A stretch of 23,272 nt of DNA from Octopus sinensis. Taxonomy: Eukaryota. Position numbers and translations under genes: made by a program. The DNA lies in NCBI RefSeq assembly GCF_006345805.1, contig NW_021836674.1, positions 1 to 23,272 on the forward strand, written 5' to 3'. Positions within the stretch are counted from its first letter, which is position 1. The number at the start of each line of letters is the position of its first letter. The notes below the pieces were generated by a model, which saw only the letters and a list, made by a program, of their open reading frames with translations, had not been told where the DNA came from and made no database searches. Below are positions 1-10,424 of the stretch, one piece after another.

Positions 1-210
1 GAAAAAATTCTGCTTAAAGGATTGCATTTTCAAGAACAGCTTCCATGCAGAAGTTATATTCAGTTAAACAGGATGATAGTAAATAAACCTCCTCTCCTGA
101 ATAAAATTTCAGGCTAGCCTAAAACAACTGTCGCGAAATGAAGACCTTCGCGACTGGATAGGACGCCAGTCTATTTCATCTGACTTTACCTTCCCTTCAA
201 CAACCTACCA

Positions 211-594
211 CTTTTATGTTTTATCTTGTACCTGTGTCAATCATTGGACGGCAGCCATCTAGGCGCACCGTCTTGAAGTGTTTTAGTCAAACGAATTGAA
301 CCCATTACTTAAGTTTTCTTTAAAGTGCGGTACTTATTCTATTAGATTTTTTTTATTTTTGGCGAACCGCTGTGTTACAGGAGATCGCGATGGTTAGGAC
401 AAATACGAACACACAAACACACACACATATAGAAACACAAATACATACCCCTATGTGTGTATGTTTGTGCGTGCGTGTGAGCAACGGGCTTCTGCACAGT
501 TTCCTACTACCAAATTCATTTACAAGGTCAGTCTGATTACTGAACCTGAAATTATGTGGTTGCAAAACGAGAATCTTCATCACACAGCCATGCC
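211..594 (-). mobile_element. Family B SINE, degenerate near-full-length copy (tail 211-380, CA-rich spacer, internally deleted head 480-594)
   Basis: Reverse complement matches the intact + copies at 4814-5197 and 18283-18672 (e.g. GGGCTTCT..CAGTTTCC..CTACCAAAT; CACACAGCCA at the 5' end). Confidence 0.75.
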
Positions 595-597
595 TGC

Positions 598-599
598 AC

Positions 600-631
<32 letters not shown>

Positions 632-890
632 TACACACACGTCTACATACATACTTACACACCACACACACACACACACAGAAAGCAGGAAGGAGAGAAA
701 AAACAGGAGAGGGAGAGAGAGGGAGCAGAAGTGAGAGAGAAAGCCGGAGAGAGAGGAAAAGCAGACAAGAGAGAGAAAGTAAGAGAGACAGAGAAAAAAA
801 AAGCAGGAGAGACAGACAGACAGAGACAGAGAAAGAGACAGAGAGAAAGAAGCAGAGAGAGAAAAGACAAATCCCAACAAAATATTTATA
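598..890. repeat. (CA)n followed by GA-rich purine low-complexity tract
   Basis: Direct reading of sequence. Confidence 0.95.
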
Positions 891-1406
891 ACATTTGAAC
901 TTAAGATCTAGTAGCTGACAGCCCAATATCATATCCATTCCCAAAGCTGACGTCAACTGGAATGGGGCTGCAAAGGCCAAATAATATCACATCTACAGAG
1001 AACACTCATTTCTTATCTGTTTAACGTTCCAGCAACCGGCGTTAATGATTGCATTTATAAAATGCATTTCGTACATTTTCTAAAGGACAGTATTTGTGAC
1101 GCCAAATTCTACTCCCATGTTCTATCGCTTGTACACATTGGATGTTTCTTTATAAGTAGCGCAAGCACATGCATACACTCATGCATCCTTTCACAGTTTC
1201 GTACCTCTAAAAATATGTCACAGTAACGTTGTAATTATAGGGTTATGTCACCACAACCACAACGTTACGATAATGTTCTATTATAATGGTATGTCGTTAT
1301 AATATATCACTATAAAGCTTTGCCATAAGATATAGTACAATAATGTAATTTATCTCAGTAACATTGCATCGCCATAATGTTTATGTCATTATAATACACA
1401 CCGCTA

Positions 1407-1740
1407 GGGTGGCAGATTGGCAGAAACGTTTTGAGAATCAAGGCGGCGAGCTGGCAGAAACGTTAGCACACCGGGCGAAATGCTCAGCGGTATTTTGTCT
1501 GCCGCTGCGTTCTGAGTTCAAATTCCGCCGAGGTCGACTTTGCCTTTCATCCTTTCGGGGCCGATAAATTAAGTGCCAGTTACGCACTGGGGTCGATGTA
1601 ATCGACTTAATTCCTTTGTCTGTCCTTGTTTGTTCCCTCTGTGTTTAGCCCCTTGTGTGCAATCAAGAAATAAGAAACGTTTTGAGAATCGGAAAACGCC
1701 ATACAGTATTTCTTTCGGTACTCTACATTACGAGTTCAAA
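1407..1740 (+). mobile_element. Old family A SINE head split by a younger family A insertion (pieces 1407-1439 and 1691-1740)
   Basis: GGGTGGCAGATTGGCAGAAACGTT (A-box region) on the left rejoins GGAAAACGCC..GTATTTC..GAGTTCAAA (B-box) on the right once 1440-1690 is removed. Confidence 0.7.
1440..1672 (+). mobile_element. Family A tRNA-derived SINE, full length, with 18-bp TSD
   Basis: A-box TGGCAGAAACG and B-box GAGTTCAAATTCC; body GAGGTCGACTTTGCCTTTCATCCTTTCGGGGCCGATAAATTAAG resembles the Deu/Nin central domain as I recall it; exact direct repeat AGAAACGTTTTGAGAATC at 1422-1439 and 1673-1690. Confidence 0.92.
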
Positions 1741-1751
1741 ATGTGTGTATA

Positions 1752-1846
1752 ATATATATATGCACACGCACACACGCTCTCTCTCTCTCTCTCTCTCCTT
1801 CTCTCTCCCCCTTTCTCTTTCTCTCTCACTCTCTCTCACGCTCTCT
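1752..1846. repeat. (TA)/(CA)/(CT)n compound microsatellite
   Basis: Direct reading. Confidence 0.9.
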
Positions 1847-2454
1847 AATTTAATAATACTTTCACGTTATACGACGAAGGTGCTGTCATTTTAACGTTAT
1901 ATATTTATGATATCCATGTCATCGTAATTTTATGTCATGATAACGTTAAATTTCTACAAAGCTATGTTGCTCTAACTTTATGTTAATGTAATGTTATGTC
2001 ACTTTAACATGAATAACTGAAAATGTCAACTCGAATAAAATAAAAAAAAAAGATAAACGACAACTTGAAATTCGGTCAGTCGGCAACAAGAATTCCGGCA
2101 GCCATCTTACATAGATTTATATCAGCCATGCAAGAAACTAACGAGACAAACGTTCCTGTTGGACATTATCATTTAATGCAAAGTGGAATCAATTACCAAG
2201 GGAGGTTGCTATATCGAAAACAATCAACAACCAGTTAGTTGTAGAAGAGACCTTAAAATATTAGCAGAACGTTAAATTTGATATATCAATTTAAACAAAT
2301 TCGAAATATGGACTTTCAAATATCAGAGTAATTTGGATATACCATTCTAAACAAATAATTACAAAGTTAATTTTAAAGTTTATAATATTGAATGAAATTT
2401 CAGTACGATATGATCTTCTCTTAAGTCAATTCAACAATAAACTTTTAAAATATT

Positions 2455-2805
2455 GGGGAAGAGCTGGCAGAAGGCGGTGAGCCGGCAGAAACGTTAGCGC
2501 GCCGCGTGAAATACTTTTTGTTCAACTAAAAGCGGTGCTCCAGCATGGCCACAGTCAGATGACTGAAACAAGTAAAAGAGTAAAAGAATAAAGAAACCTT
2601 ACACGTGGATTTGTCCCCTACCACTGCTTGACAAACGGTGTTGTTATATTTACTTACCTATGCATAACTTAGCGGTTTTGGAAAAGGTTCAGATAGAATA
2701 AGTAACAGGTTTAGAAAAAAAAGTACGAAACCCTTTAAAGCAGTGTCCCAGCATCGCCGCAGTCCAATAACTGAAACAAGCAAAAGATAAAAGATAAAAG
2801 ATACT
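2455..2805 (+). mobile_element. SINE fragment cluster: two family A heads (2455-2510) fused to two family B tails (2515-2592, 2605-2805)
   Basis: GAGCTGGCAGAA / GAGCCGGCAGAAACGTTAGC heads; GCGGTGCTCCAGCATGGCCACAGTC..GACTGAAACAAGTAAAAGAG tails. Confidence 0.8.
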
Positions 2806-2888
2806 AAACGTTGTTCTAATTATATACAAGGAAGATATATTATTAAGATAAACATCAGTAAATACCAGTCGGCATCATAATGGTGTCA

Positions 2889-3097
2889 AATTTTAGCACA
2901 AGGCTGGAAATTTCAGTGAGGGGAGAGGGTAAGTCGATTAACACCCCACAGTGCTCAACCGGTACATATTTTATCGTTTTCTGTAAGGATAAAAGGTAAA
3001 ACCGGCCTCGGCGAAATTTGAACCCAGAACGCAAAGACGGATGAAATTTCGCCCGACGTGCTAACGATTCTGCCAGCTCGTCCGCCTTGTTGATCAA
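2889..3097 (-). mobile_element. Family A SINE, full length, with probable TSD
   Basis: Reverse complement begins GGCGGACGAGCTGGCAGAATCGTTAGC and contains GGGTTCAAATTTCGCCGAGG; flanked by CATCATAATG(G/A)TGTCA at 2873-2888 and 3098-3113 (15/16 identical; part overlaps the SINE 3' end). Confidence 0.85.
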
Positions 3098-3156
3098 CAT
3101 CATAATGATGTCACCATGACAGCGATTTGTCATCACGAGGTTGTGATACATGCATT

Positions 3157-3381
3157 CGGGGGGGGGGTGCTGAAAAGTTCCTGGCTTTAAGGATGTCGCG
3201 AAAGGCCTGGCTGGAGGCCCAACTTTCCGAGTTCTTTTACAGGGCTTAGAAAAACTGAAGGATCACTGCAATAAGTGTGTGAATCTGAGAGGGGAATATG
3301 TTGAATAAAATCATAATTAACCGATCCTCCGGTATTTTCTTTTACTCAAAGCCAAGAACTTTTCAGCCCCCACCACCCTCG
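3157..3381 (+). mobile_element. Non-autonomous mariner-derived element (MITE) retaining the transposase C-terminus
   Basis: TIRs: left ..GGTGCTGAAAAGTTCCTGGCTTT, right AAAGCCAAGAACTTTTCAGCCCCC..CTCG+TA. Interior translates, with one frameshift, as WLEAQLSEFF-LQGLEKLKDHCNKCVNLRGEYVE*, typical of the mariner C-terminal GIxKLxxRWxKCxxxxGxYVE motif. Confidence 0.85.
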
Positions 3382-3726
3382 TACAAATTGACAGTGGACC
3401 AAACCAGGACCAGATACATTCCAACAATAGTACCACCTCAAATTTTCCATCGTTTCTCAAATTAAATAACCAGATTAGTTCAGTTCCTTTCCAGACCAGA
3501 CTTCCAAAATTATATTAAATATAACTTGTTTTTTTTTTTAATTGCTTGTTTGTTTTTTAATTTTATCTAACACAAAATATCATGAAGTAATGCAATGGTG
3601 ACATTGTATCCTGACCAACTGGAGCAACAGAAAAGAATTTTTTTTATTTCTTTATTTTGGTAAAAAAAAAATTTGATACAAAATATGTTAATATTTAACT
3701 TATGGATCATGGTGAAATCAGCAGGA

Positions 3727-3727
3727 G

Positions 3728-3794
<67 letters not shown>

Positions 3795-4018
3795 GAAAGA
3801 AAAAGAAAAAAGAAAGAGAGAGATAAAAGACAGTAAGGAAAGAAGGAAGAACGGAGGAAAAAAGAAGGAAAGGAAAAAGAATGAAAGAAAAAAAGAAAAC
3901 GAAAAGAAAGGAAGGAATAAAGAAAGAAAAGATGAAACAAAGAAAGACAGGAAGGAAAGAAGGAAGAATAGAAGACAAAACAAAGAAAGAAGGAAGGAAA
4001 GAAAGAAAGAAAAAGAAA

Positions 4019-4071
<53 letters not shown>

Positions 4072-4172
4072 AGGAAAGAAAGAAAGGAAGAAAGAAAGGA
4101 TAGAAAAAGAAAGACAGGAAGAAAGAAAAACATGATGGGAGAAAGAAAGAAAGAAAGATAGAAGGAAGTAAG
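3727..4172. repeat. (GAAA)n polypurine tract, pure at the ends and degenerate in the middle
   Basis: Direct reading. Confidence 0.97.
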
Positions 4173-4381
4173 AAACTATATGGTCTGGCACTTTCGTGCG
4201 CTAAGAACATGCTTTATGTTGTTTAATGTTTAATCCGAGCATGAAGACAACCCAGAATTCGAACCACAAACCTCAATCGGATGGTTTGGTTATTCGATCT
4301 TATACTGATACGACAGCCAACTGTTAACTTCGCCCAGACGAAAACAGTGGTTCTTATTCATCACCAATAATGAACTTTTTG

Positions 4382-4575
4382 CATGGTCGCTAGAACTTGC
4401 TAGAAATAACAGCTGAATTACCTCCGAATCGTTCTCGACAAACTTTCAAAATATATAATACATTGGATAACGTAGTCGTAGATCGTAGATCCATCATCCA
4501 CAATATCTGAAAAGGACAGACTGGATGGTCACGTTTGGAGCACTGTTGATCGTAGGTGACTGATCTGGAACTAAA
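4382..4575 (+). mobile_element. Family D interspersed repeat copy (GCTAGAAATA(G/A)CAGC..CATTGGATAA..GGATGGTCA..GATC..GCTAAA)
   Basis: Aligns by eye to copies at 10086-10275, 12895-13115, 13255-13762 and 14801-14950. Confidence 0.7.
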
Positions 4576-4813
4576 GATCCCCGTTTTACCTTAAATGTCC
4601 TTCTCTTTTTTAAAGCAGCCAACTGTAATCCGAAGGATATTTAACAACTATTTCTTAGAATGTCGAGGGGCCACTACTACTTCTACTACTAATAATAATA
4701 ATACTAATACTACTACTGTTGTTCATGCTATTGCTGTTATTGTATAGCCCCTGGTCAACCATGATTAAACAGATGTATAATCAAAGTGTGTGTGGATATA
4801 TATATACACACAC

Positions 4814-5197
4814 GCTGTGTGGTAAGTTGCTTGCTTACCAACCACATGGTTCCGGGTTCAGAACCACTGCGTGGCACTTTGGGTGTCTTCCACTGTAGCC
4901 TCGGGCCGACCTAAGCCTTGTGAGTAGATTTGGTAGATGGAAACTGAAAGAAGTCCGTCGTGTATATATATATATATATACGTGTATGCACATGTTTGTG
5001 TGTCTGTGTCTGTCCCCCCAACATCGCTTGACAACCGATGCTGGTGTGTTTACGTTCCCGTAACTTAGCGGTTCGGCAAGAGAGACCGATAGAATAAGTT
5101 CTAGGCTTACAAAGAATAAGTCCTGGAGGTCGATTTACTCGACTAAAGGTGGTGCTCCAGCATGGCCGCAGTCAAATGGCTGAAACAAGTAAAAGAA
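4814..5197 (+). mobile_element. Family B SINE, full length (tRNA-like head, body, internal TA/TG microsatellite, tail)
   Basis: Head GCTGTGTGGTAAG..GGTTCCGGGTTCAG (B-box-like), CORE-like GGCACTTTGGG(CAAG)TGTCTT, spacer 4962-5010, tail ending GACTGAAACAAGTAAAAGA; repeated many times in the window. Confidence 0.9.
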
Positions 5198-5202
5198 TAT
5201 AT

Positions 5203-5361
5203 GGCGTGGCTGTGTGGTAAGAAGCTTGTTTACCAACCACATGATTCCGGGTTCAGTCCTACTGTGTGGCACCTTGAGCAAGTGTCTTCTACTATAGCCT
5301 CTCGGGCCGAACAAAGCTTTGTGAATGGATTTGGTAGACGGAAACTGAAAGAAGCCCGTCG
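5203..5361 (+). mobile_element. Family B SINE head (its tail is probably 7801-8016)
   Basis: GGCGTGGCTGTGTGGTAAGAAGCTTG..GAAACTGAAAGAAGCCCGTCG, followed directly by (TA)n as in the intact copy. Confidence 0.9.
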
Positions 5362-5812
<451 letters not shown>

Positions 5813-6269
5813 CTTTCCCCACTTTTTTCAAAAAGAAATTCTTACTCAACCTTTTTTAACCTCTTTTTTAATTCATTTTTATTCGTTTATCTTTGTTATA
5901 TTTTTTATTATTTTTTAAATTTTTATTTTGTATTATTTAAAAAAATTTTTAATTATTTTTATCATAATTTTATAATTTTTGAATAATTTAAATAATTTTT
6001 TAAATAATAATTTTATAGTTTTTAAAAATTTTAAATAACTTTTTGAATAATTTTATAAATAGTTTTTTTTATTATTTTTATTTCTGTTACCGAATTTTTG
6101 TTGTTGCTAATTTATTCACTTAATCTTTTTCATTCTTTATTATTACTAACTTTTATTTTTCATTATTTATTTGTTAATTTTATTATGTATTATTTATATA
6201 ATTTTTATTTTTCTCTATTTATTTGTATTTCTTATTTTTCATATTCCTATACCACACATCACACACACA

Positions 6270-6325
<56 letters not shown>

Positions 6326-6328
<3 letters not shown>

Positions 6329-6665
6329 CACACTCTCTACATTAGGAACTCCTTCTCCTGCATTTCTTCAAGCCTAATTTACTGCATCAGGTGCAATCTT
6401 TGCAATAAACTTTACGTTGGTCGGACGGGCCACCGGCTTAGCCGATCGGTTCACCTAACACCTACCAGATGTTCGTCTACGCAAGAACACACCCGTCGCC
6501 AATCATTTTCGCTTGGCCGACCACGCTACCTCAGGCATCAGCGTCTTCGGCCTTGCCCTATACCATGGATCCATCAACTTTAAACTCCGCCTGTAACAGC
6601 GTTACGTTTTTACTCTACGTACCCAAATTCCTTTCGGACTCAACACAAGCCCCTCCTCACAGTGA
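6326..6665 (+). pseudogene. Penelope-like GIY-YIG endonuclease C-terminal fragment, copy 2 (dead)
   Basis: Same reading, frameshift and stops as copy 1; partly captured by ORF 6098..6583 (IYCIRCNLCNKLYVGRTGHRL). Confidence 0.9.
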
Positions 6666-7557
6666 CTTTCCCCACTTTTTTCAAAAAGAAGTTCTTACTC
6701 AACCTTTTTTAACCTCTTTTTTAATTCATTTTTATTCGTTTATCTTTGTTATATTTTTTATTATTTTTTAAATTTTATTTTGTATTATTTAAAAAAATTT
6801 TTAATTATTTTTATCATAATTTTATAATTTTTGAATAATTTAAATAATTTTTTAAATAATAATTTTATAGTTTTTAAAAATTTTAAATAACTTTTGAATA
6901 ATTTTATAATAGTTTTTTTTATTATTTTTATTTCTGTTACCGAATTTTTGTTGTTGCTAATTTATTCACTTAATCTTTTCATTCTTTATTATTACTAACT
7001 TTTATTTTTCATTATTTATTTGTTAATTTTATTATGTATTATTTATATAATTTTTATTTTTCTCTATTTATTTGTATTTCTTATTTTTCATATTCCTATA
7101 CCACACATCACACACACACACACACCCGCACAAGCACACATGCAACCGCATAAGAACACACACACACATATCCATACACGTACACACATAACCGCACGCG
7201 CACACACATACGCACGCACACACGCATAGACTATGCACATAAACACAAACACACACGCTACGGCACGCTACTAGGCAGACGCACCACACACATACACAGT
7301 TACCACCACAAGCACACACGTTACCACGCACGCAAATATACGCACGCAGTTACGGCTACACACGCACGTGCTACCATACATACACACGCTACCACACGCG
7401 CGCGCTCGCATCCTGACCATTTTCGCACTCTCCTGTGCCAGAAAGCATTTTCTCTTTATTCCTAATTCAGGTCACTTCAAAAATGTAACCGCACGAGATT
7501 GTTGGCGATTTTTTTCTTTTTTTTCCTCCTTCGTCTTGGACTTCCTTGATTCTTCCT

Positions 7558-7592
7558 GTTTCCGAAGAAGAGCTATGCTCGAAACATAAAAC
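7558..7592 (+). ncRNA. Degenerate minimal type-I hammerhead ribozyme-like motif (HHR-1)
   Basis: GTTT | CCGAAGA A | GAGC TAT GCTC | GAAA C A T A | AAAC: stem I GTTT/AAAC, core CUGANGA with U4>C, perfect 4-bp stem II, GAAA, zero-loop stem III with G16.2>A. Confidence 0.6.
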
Positions 7593-7670
7593 TTCAACTC
7601 TTTTCTTTCTCTGTTTGTGCCACAACCAAACGTTTATTTGTTTTTCTCTTTTCCTCTGTGTTTTTGAATT

Positions 7671-7674
<4 letters not shown>

Positions 7675-7728
<54 letters not shown>

Positions 7729-7734
7729 CATACA

Positions 7735-7794
<60 letters not shown>

Positions 7795-7795
7795 A
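7675..7795. repeat. (TA)n microsatellite
   Basis: Direct reading. Confidence 0.97.
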
Positions 7796-7800
7796 GTATA

Positions 7801-8016
7801 TGTTTGTGTGCCTGTGTTTGTCCCCCACCATCGCTTGACAACCGATGTTGGTGTATTTACATCCCCGTAACTTAGCGATTCGGCAAAAGACAAATAGAAT
7901 AAGTATTAGACTTACAAAGAATAAGTCACGGGGTCCATTTGCTCGACTAAAGGCGGTGCTCCAGCATACCGCAGTCAAATGACTGAAACAAATAAAAGAA
8001 CAAAAGAATAAAAGAA
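7801..8016 (+). mobile_element. Family B SINE tail
   Basis: CATCGCTTGACAACCGATG..GGCGGTGCTCCAGCA..GACTGAAACAAATAAAAGAA, nearly identical to 5010-5197. Confidence 0.9.
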
Positions 8017-8072
8017 TATATATATATATTATATACATACATTCATATATATATATATATATATATATAATA

Positions 8073-8147
8073 TGACGTGCGGTGTGGTAAGAAGCTTGCT
8101 ACCCAACCACATGGATTTAGTTGACGAAAACTGAAAGAAGCCTGTTG
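8073..8147 (+). mobile_element. Family B SINE head with internal deletion
   Basis: GGTGTGGTAAGAAGCTTGCTACCCAACCACATGG joined directly to ATTTAGTTGACGAAAACTGAAAGAAGCC. Confidence 0.75.
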
Positions 8148-8425
8148 TAGACCTCCTTGGTAGTAGAAGTTTGGAAACGGTTGCCCTACGACGGCCGGTC
8201 GATCGACATGTTAAAATGAGCAGCCAAATCTGCAATCATTTTGTACCAGATTGACCACATTTACGTATTAGGAAGTATATTCACGGTTGGGTAGATATCT
8301 GTTTCTAGCGGATCGAGCACAATCTTAACCCACTGGCCCTGTTGTTGCGTTGGTGTTATTGTGTTAGTGGCAGGTTTATTGCCATAGATTGTAATACGTG
8401 CTACTATAGTAGTAGTAGTAGTAGT

Positions 8426-8459
<34 letters not shown>

Positions 8460-8460
<1 letters not shown>

Positions 8461-8690
8461 TGAAGGCGCCTGCGTGGCTTAGTGGTTAGAGTAGGTGGCT
8501 CATGGACGTAAGGTCGCGAGTTCGATTCCTTGTGGGGTGACGTGTCCTTGAGCAAGACACTTTATTTCACGTTACTCCAGTCCACTTAGCTATCAAAAGT
8601 GAGTTATACCTGTAAAATCAAAGGGCTGGCTTTGTCACCGTCTGTGCCATGCTGAATCTCCCTGAGAACTGCGTTAAGGGTACACGTGTC
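8460..8690 (+). mobile_element. Family C CORE-like tRNA-derived SINE, preceded by (TAG)n
   Basis: A-box TGGCTTAGTGG, B-box GAGTTCGATTCC, CORE-like GTGTCCTTGAGCAAGACACTTTATTTCACGTTACTCCAGTCCACTTAGCT; aligns to 20181-20530. Confidence 0.85.
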
Positions 8691-8698
8691 TTGCACTA

Positions 8699-8810
8699 GT
8701 ACTAGGCTTGCAAAGAATAAGTCCTGGGGGTCGATTTGCTCGACTAAAAGGCGATGCTCCAGCATGGCCATAGTCAAGTTACTGAAACAAGTAAAAGAGT
8801 AAAAGAGTAA
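8699..8810 (+). mobile_element. Family B SINE tail fragment
   Basis: GTACTAGGCTTGCAAAGAATAAGTCCTGGGGGTCGATTTGCTCGACTAAA..CTGAAACAAGTAAAAGAG. Confidence 0.85.
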
Positions 8811-8861
8811 CATAATTTCTGGGGAAAGTTTTTTTTTTTTTTCAGTTTTCTCTCCTCACTC

Positions 8862-8897
8862 CTTTCTGGAGAGAAGCGTCGGTTCGAAACGTCAAAG
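8862..8897 (+). ncRNA. Minimal type-I hammerhead ribozyme-like motif (HHR-2), closest to canonical
   Basis: CTTT | CTGGAGA | GAAGC GTC GGTTC | GAAA C GTC | AAAG: stem I CTTT/AAAG, core CUGANGA with A6>G, stem II 4 of 5 pairs, GAAA, palindromic ACGT stem III, GUC cleavage triplet. Confidence 0.65.
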
Positions 8898-9006
8898 ATT
8901 CTTGCATTTTTCCTGAGCGTCAAACTATCACATCCTGTTTGTTCCCCATTCGGTCTTTTATTTTTGGTTATTGGGTTTTTTTCCTGTTTTGTGTGGAACT
9001 TTGAAC

Positions 9007-9060
<54 letters not shown>

Positions 9061-9061
9061 T

Positions 9062-9215
9062 TTGTATTCACGACGAGCTTCTGCACGGTATCCATCTATC
9101 GAATTTATTTCAGTCATAAGGGATTGATTAATTCGAGGATATGCCAGCCTGAGGTGCCGCGAAGTCGCATCAAACCAGCAACCGTGTCAGGGTAACTTCT
9201 TAAAAGTACACATTG
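9062..9215 (-). mobile_element. Degenerate family B SINE head, next to (TG)n 9010-9058
   Basis: ACGACGAGCTTCTGCACGGT..TCCATCTA..GAGGTGCCGCG..AAACC..AACC is the reverse complement of the family B head. Confidence 0.6.
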
Positions 9216-9234
9216 TCTGCAGAAATCTCCCTCC

Positions 9235-9256
9235 TCACGCATACACGCACGTACAT

Positions 9257-9297
<41 letters not shown>

Positions 9298-9434
9298 GCT
9301 TGCGTGCACACAGTCTTCAAACAAGAAGGTCTTTCTACATTCACAACAGCTCTTTCACTTATAGACCCGGAAAAAAAACTGGTGTTCACGTGCACATAAG
9401 TACACACACACACGCGCACACACACAAACACACA

Positions 9435-9476
<42 letters not shown>

Positions 9477-9590
9477 GTACACGCACAGACCCACAAACAG
9501 ACGTATTTATTGTGTCTATTATCTGTCTGTGTGTATACACGCACGCACATACGCACACACATACACACACACATGCGCACACACACATGC

Positions 9591-9627
<37 letters not shown>

Positions 9628-9762
9628 CTATTTATGCATATACACGTACAAACATAAATATATACATATACATGCATACATATATATGGAAATATATGTG
9701 CATAGATATACATATATACATAGGTATACGTGCCTATATATGTACGCACATATATATGATTG

Positions 9763-9793
<31 letters not shown>

Positions 9794-9813
9794 ACTGTTG
9801 TTATTGTTGTTGT

Positions 9814-9857
<44 letters not shown>

Positions 9858-9890
9858 GTAATGATGACGACGACGATGACGATGAGGATT
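9235..9890. repeat. Compound (CA)n, (TA)/(CATA), (TTG)n and (GAT)n microsatellite block
   Basis: Direct reading. Confidence 0.92.
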
Positions 9891-10085
9891 GGTATTTTTA
9901 GCTCTTTCCATACAATGAACCTGTTATATAATGACAGTTACCTTTGTGTGTAGAATATTTGAACGCACGGCGGTGTGGGTTATGCTCTGACGTCGTGGAC
10001 AATGGGAGTGGCAACAGTCCTTATGGTTGTAGGAGCTGTGGCAGTTGTAGCGCGGATCATGGACAACAGTTCATAGTTTACTGTC

Positions 10086-10275
10086 GTTGTTGTTTAGCCC
10101 TAGGTCAACCCTGATCCAGCTGTCATACGACTAAAAGCACAATAGTCGTGGCGATCCTTCCTTATTTTAAAAGGCTGTGTATCAACGGCTGCGTATGTCA
10201 ATATATTCTTTCTTGTTAATAAAACTACGTTGGCTGCTATTTCTAGTATGTTCAATGACCACATAGAGAGACTCA
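10086..10275 (-). mobile_element. Family D repeat copy with (AAC)n tail
   Basis: GTTGTTGTTTAGCCCTAGGTCAACCCTGATC at one end; TTGGCTGCTATTTCTAG..GACCACATAG at the other. Confidence 0.75.
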
Positions 10276-10424
10276 CCCCTTGATTCGACTGTTACTATGT
10301 TGATGTTGGCGATTGTGGTTATGGTCGGGTTGGTAGCGGTAGCGGTTATAGTAGTTGTGGTGGTAGTCGTCGTTGTGGTCAGCATAAACTTCGTGTGCCG
10401 TTATTTTTGTTGTTATAGTTTAAT

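Noticed and set aside
130-170. Small hairpins GTCGCGAA/TTCGCGAC and ACTGG/CCAGT
   Set aside because: Short, and the GACTGGATAGGACGCCAGT part resembles a family C SINE 3' segment; no independent function can be supported.
900-1230. Unique sequence with acceptor-like sites and open frames on both strands (e.g. VILFGLCSPIPVDVSFGNGYDIG on the minus strand)
   Set aside because: No matching donor and no recognisable domain; not enough to call an exon.
1220-2030. Recurring GTTAT/ATAAC/TAATG-like words at 1220-1400 and 1860-2030
   Set aside because: No stable period; looks like decayed low-complexity sequence.
2050-2240. Stop-free stretch of about 60 codons and a YY1-like GCCATCTT motif
   Set aside because: No splice sites, no recognisable protein; a single short motif is expected by chance.
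4215-4325. Minus-strand GGTTCGAATTC B-box-like motif
   Set aside because: Probably a very old SINE head, but too degenerate to assign to a family or set boundaries.
5813-6250. Search for a hammerhead in the T-rich tail of the Penelope fragment
   Set aside because: No CTGANGA/GAAA arrangement found by eye in either unit.
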